From Candidatus Heimdallarchaeum endolithica (lineage in GTDB: Archaea > Asgardarchaeota > Heimdallarchaeia > Heimdallarchaeales > Heimdallarchaeaceae): a stretch of 64,000 nucleotides of DNA. Below, piece after piece: positions 63,182 to 64,000 of this stretch. Every line of letters starts with the position of its first letter. The first letter of the stretch is position 1. The stretch is taken from contig CP084167.1 in assembly GCA_021513715.1 (NCBI GenBank), forward strand, positions 352,001-416,000, in the 5' to 3' direction. Both the position numbers and the translations under genes were made by a program. Under the pieces are notes generated by a model, which saw nothing but the letters and a program-made list of their open reading frames with translations, did no database searches and was not told where the DNA came from.

Positions 63182-64000
63182 AAAAAACGAATATGAAGCA
63201 CTCCTTGGTCTATTAGAGAAAGGAGGAGGAAATGCTGAAGAAATAAAAAATAACATTGGAGCAAATATGATTCTTAACAAGAATGAAATTATTTCTGTAA
63301 ATGAAACAGAGGGAATTAAATTAAAAGCTATTAAAATACCTGATGGAGTTAAAGCTTCTATAATAATAAAAGAAGGATATAAAGAAACAAAACCAGTACA
63401 TCTTTGTTTTGGTATTTTACCTAAGGAAGGAAAACAAGTTATAATATCTGAAATTATAGCAAAAAAGAATTCTAAAGTGAAAATTTTAAGCCATTGTATT
63501 TTTCCAAATGCAGTTCATATTCAACATATTATGGAAGGAAAAATAATTTTAGAAGAAGGAGCTGAACTAGTTTATGAGGAAGAGCATTATCATTCAGAGG
63601 AAGGATTAATAGAAGTTAAACCAGTTCAAGAAGTTGTAGTGGAAAAAAATGCTAAATATTTTAACCATTTTAAAATGAAGAACGGAAGAGCAGGAAAAAT
63701 AAATATCGATTATTTAGTTATTTTGAAAGAAAAAGCTGTTGCAGAACTTACAACGAAGATAGGAGCAAAATTAGATGATGAAATAAAAATGAAAGAAAAG
63801 ATAATTTTGGAAGGAAAAGAATCTAGAGGACTTATACTTTCTCGAATTGTGCTAAGAGACTATTCAACTAGTGAATTTGTGGGAATAACAGTAGGAAAAG
63901 GAGCATATTCAAAGGCTCATGTTGATTGTAGTGAAATAGTAATGGATAATGCAAAAGCTTCGGCTATACCTGAAATTCAAGCTTTTGATTCAACAGCAAA
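63168..64000 (+). CDS. sufB: SufB/SufD-like Fe-S scaffold (SmsB type), truncated by window end
   Basis: Open from ATG 63168: PVHLCFG, SHCIFPNA, HYH, AHVDCSEI, AIPEI; overlaps the sufC stop. Confidence 0.85.
   Translation, partial: MSIDRKNEYEALLGLLEKGGGNAEEIKNNIGANMILNKNEIISVNETEGIKLKAIKIPDGVKASIIIKEGYKETKPVHLCFGILPKEGKQVIISEIIAKKNSKVKILSHCIFPNAVHIQHIMEGKIILEEGAELVYEEEHYHSEEGLIEVKPVQEVVVEKNAKYFNHFKMKNGRAGKINIDYLVILKEKAVAELTTKIGAKLDDEIKMKEKIILEGKESRGLILSRIVLRDYSTSEFVGITVGKGAYSKAHVDCSEIVMDNAKASAIPEIQAFDSTA

Overview
AT-rich archaeal chromosomal window, most likely from an Asgard archaeon (Heimdallarchaeia-like). This is an inference from the Arf-like GTPase, the expanded beta-helix/DxDxDG surface proteins and the gene set. 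Housekeeping content: an IscU/IscS-like (MIS) and a SufC/SufB-like (SMS) Fe-S module at opposite ends, a group 3b [NiFe] sulfhydrogenase operon, larEBC nickel-pincer cofactor genes, split L-serine dehydratase, an ArsR/ACR3 pair, transporters and signalling proteins. Four mobile insertions are present: an intact IS481, a decayed IS5-like element and two unusual elements that are the best candidate for a new system. The first is a 1.8-kb transposase-less element (16155-17982). It has 31-bp inverted ends, encodes a TnpB with a Fanzor-like rearranged RuvC site, and ends in a multi-hairpin RNA-like tail. The second is a 353-bp non-coding structured element (44405-44759) with the same end architecture. 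Both sit on the AT of a CATG inside a surface-protein gene, and removing them restores the host reading frame at the junction. No rRNA, tRNA or CRISPR array was recognised.
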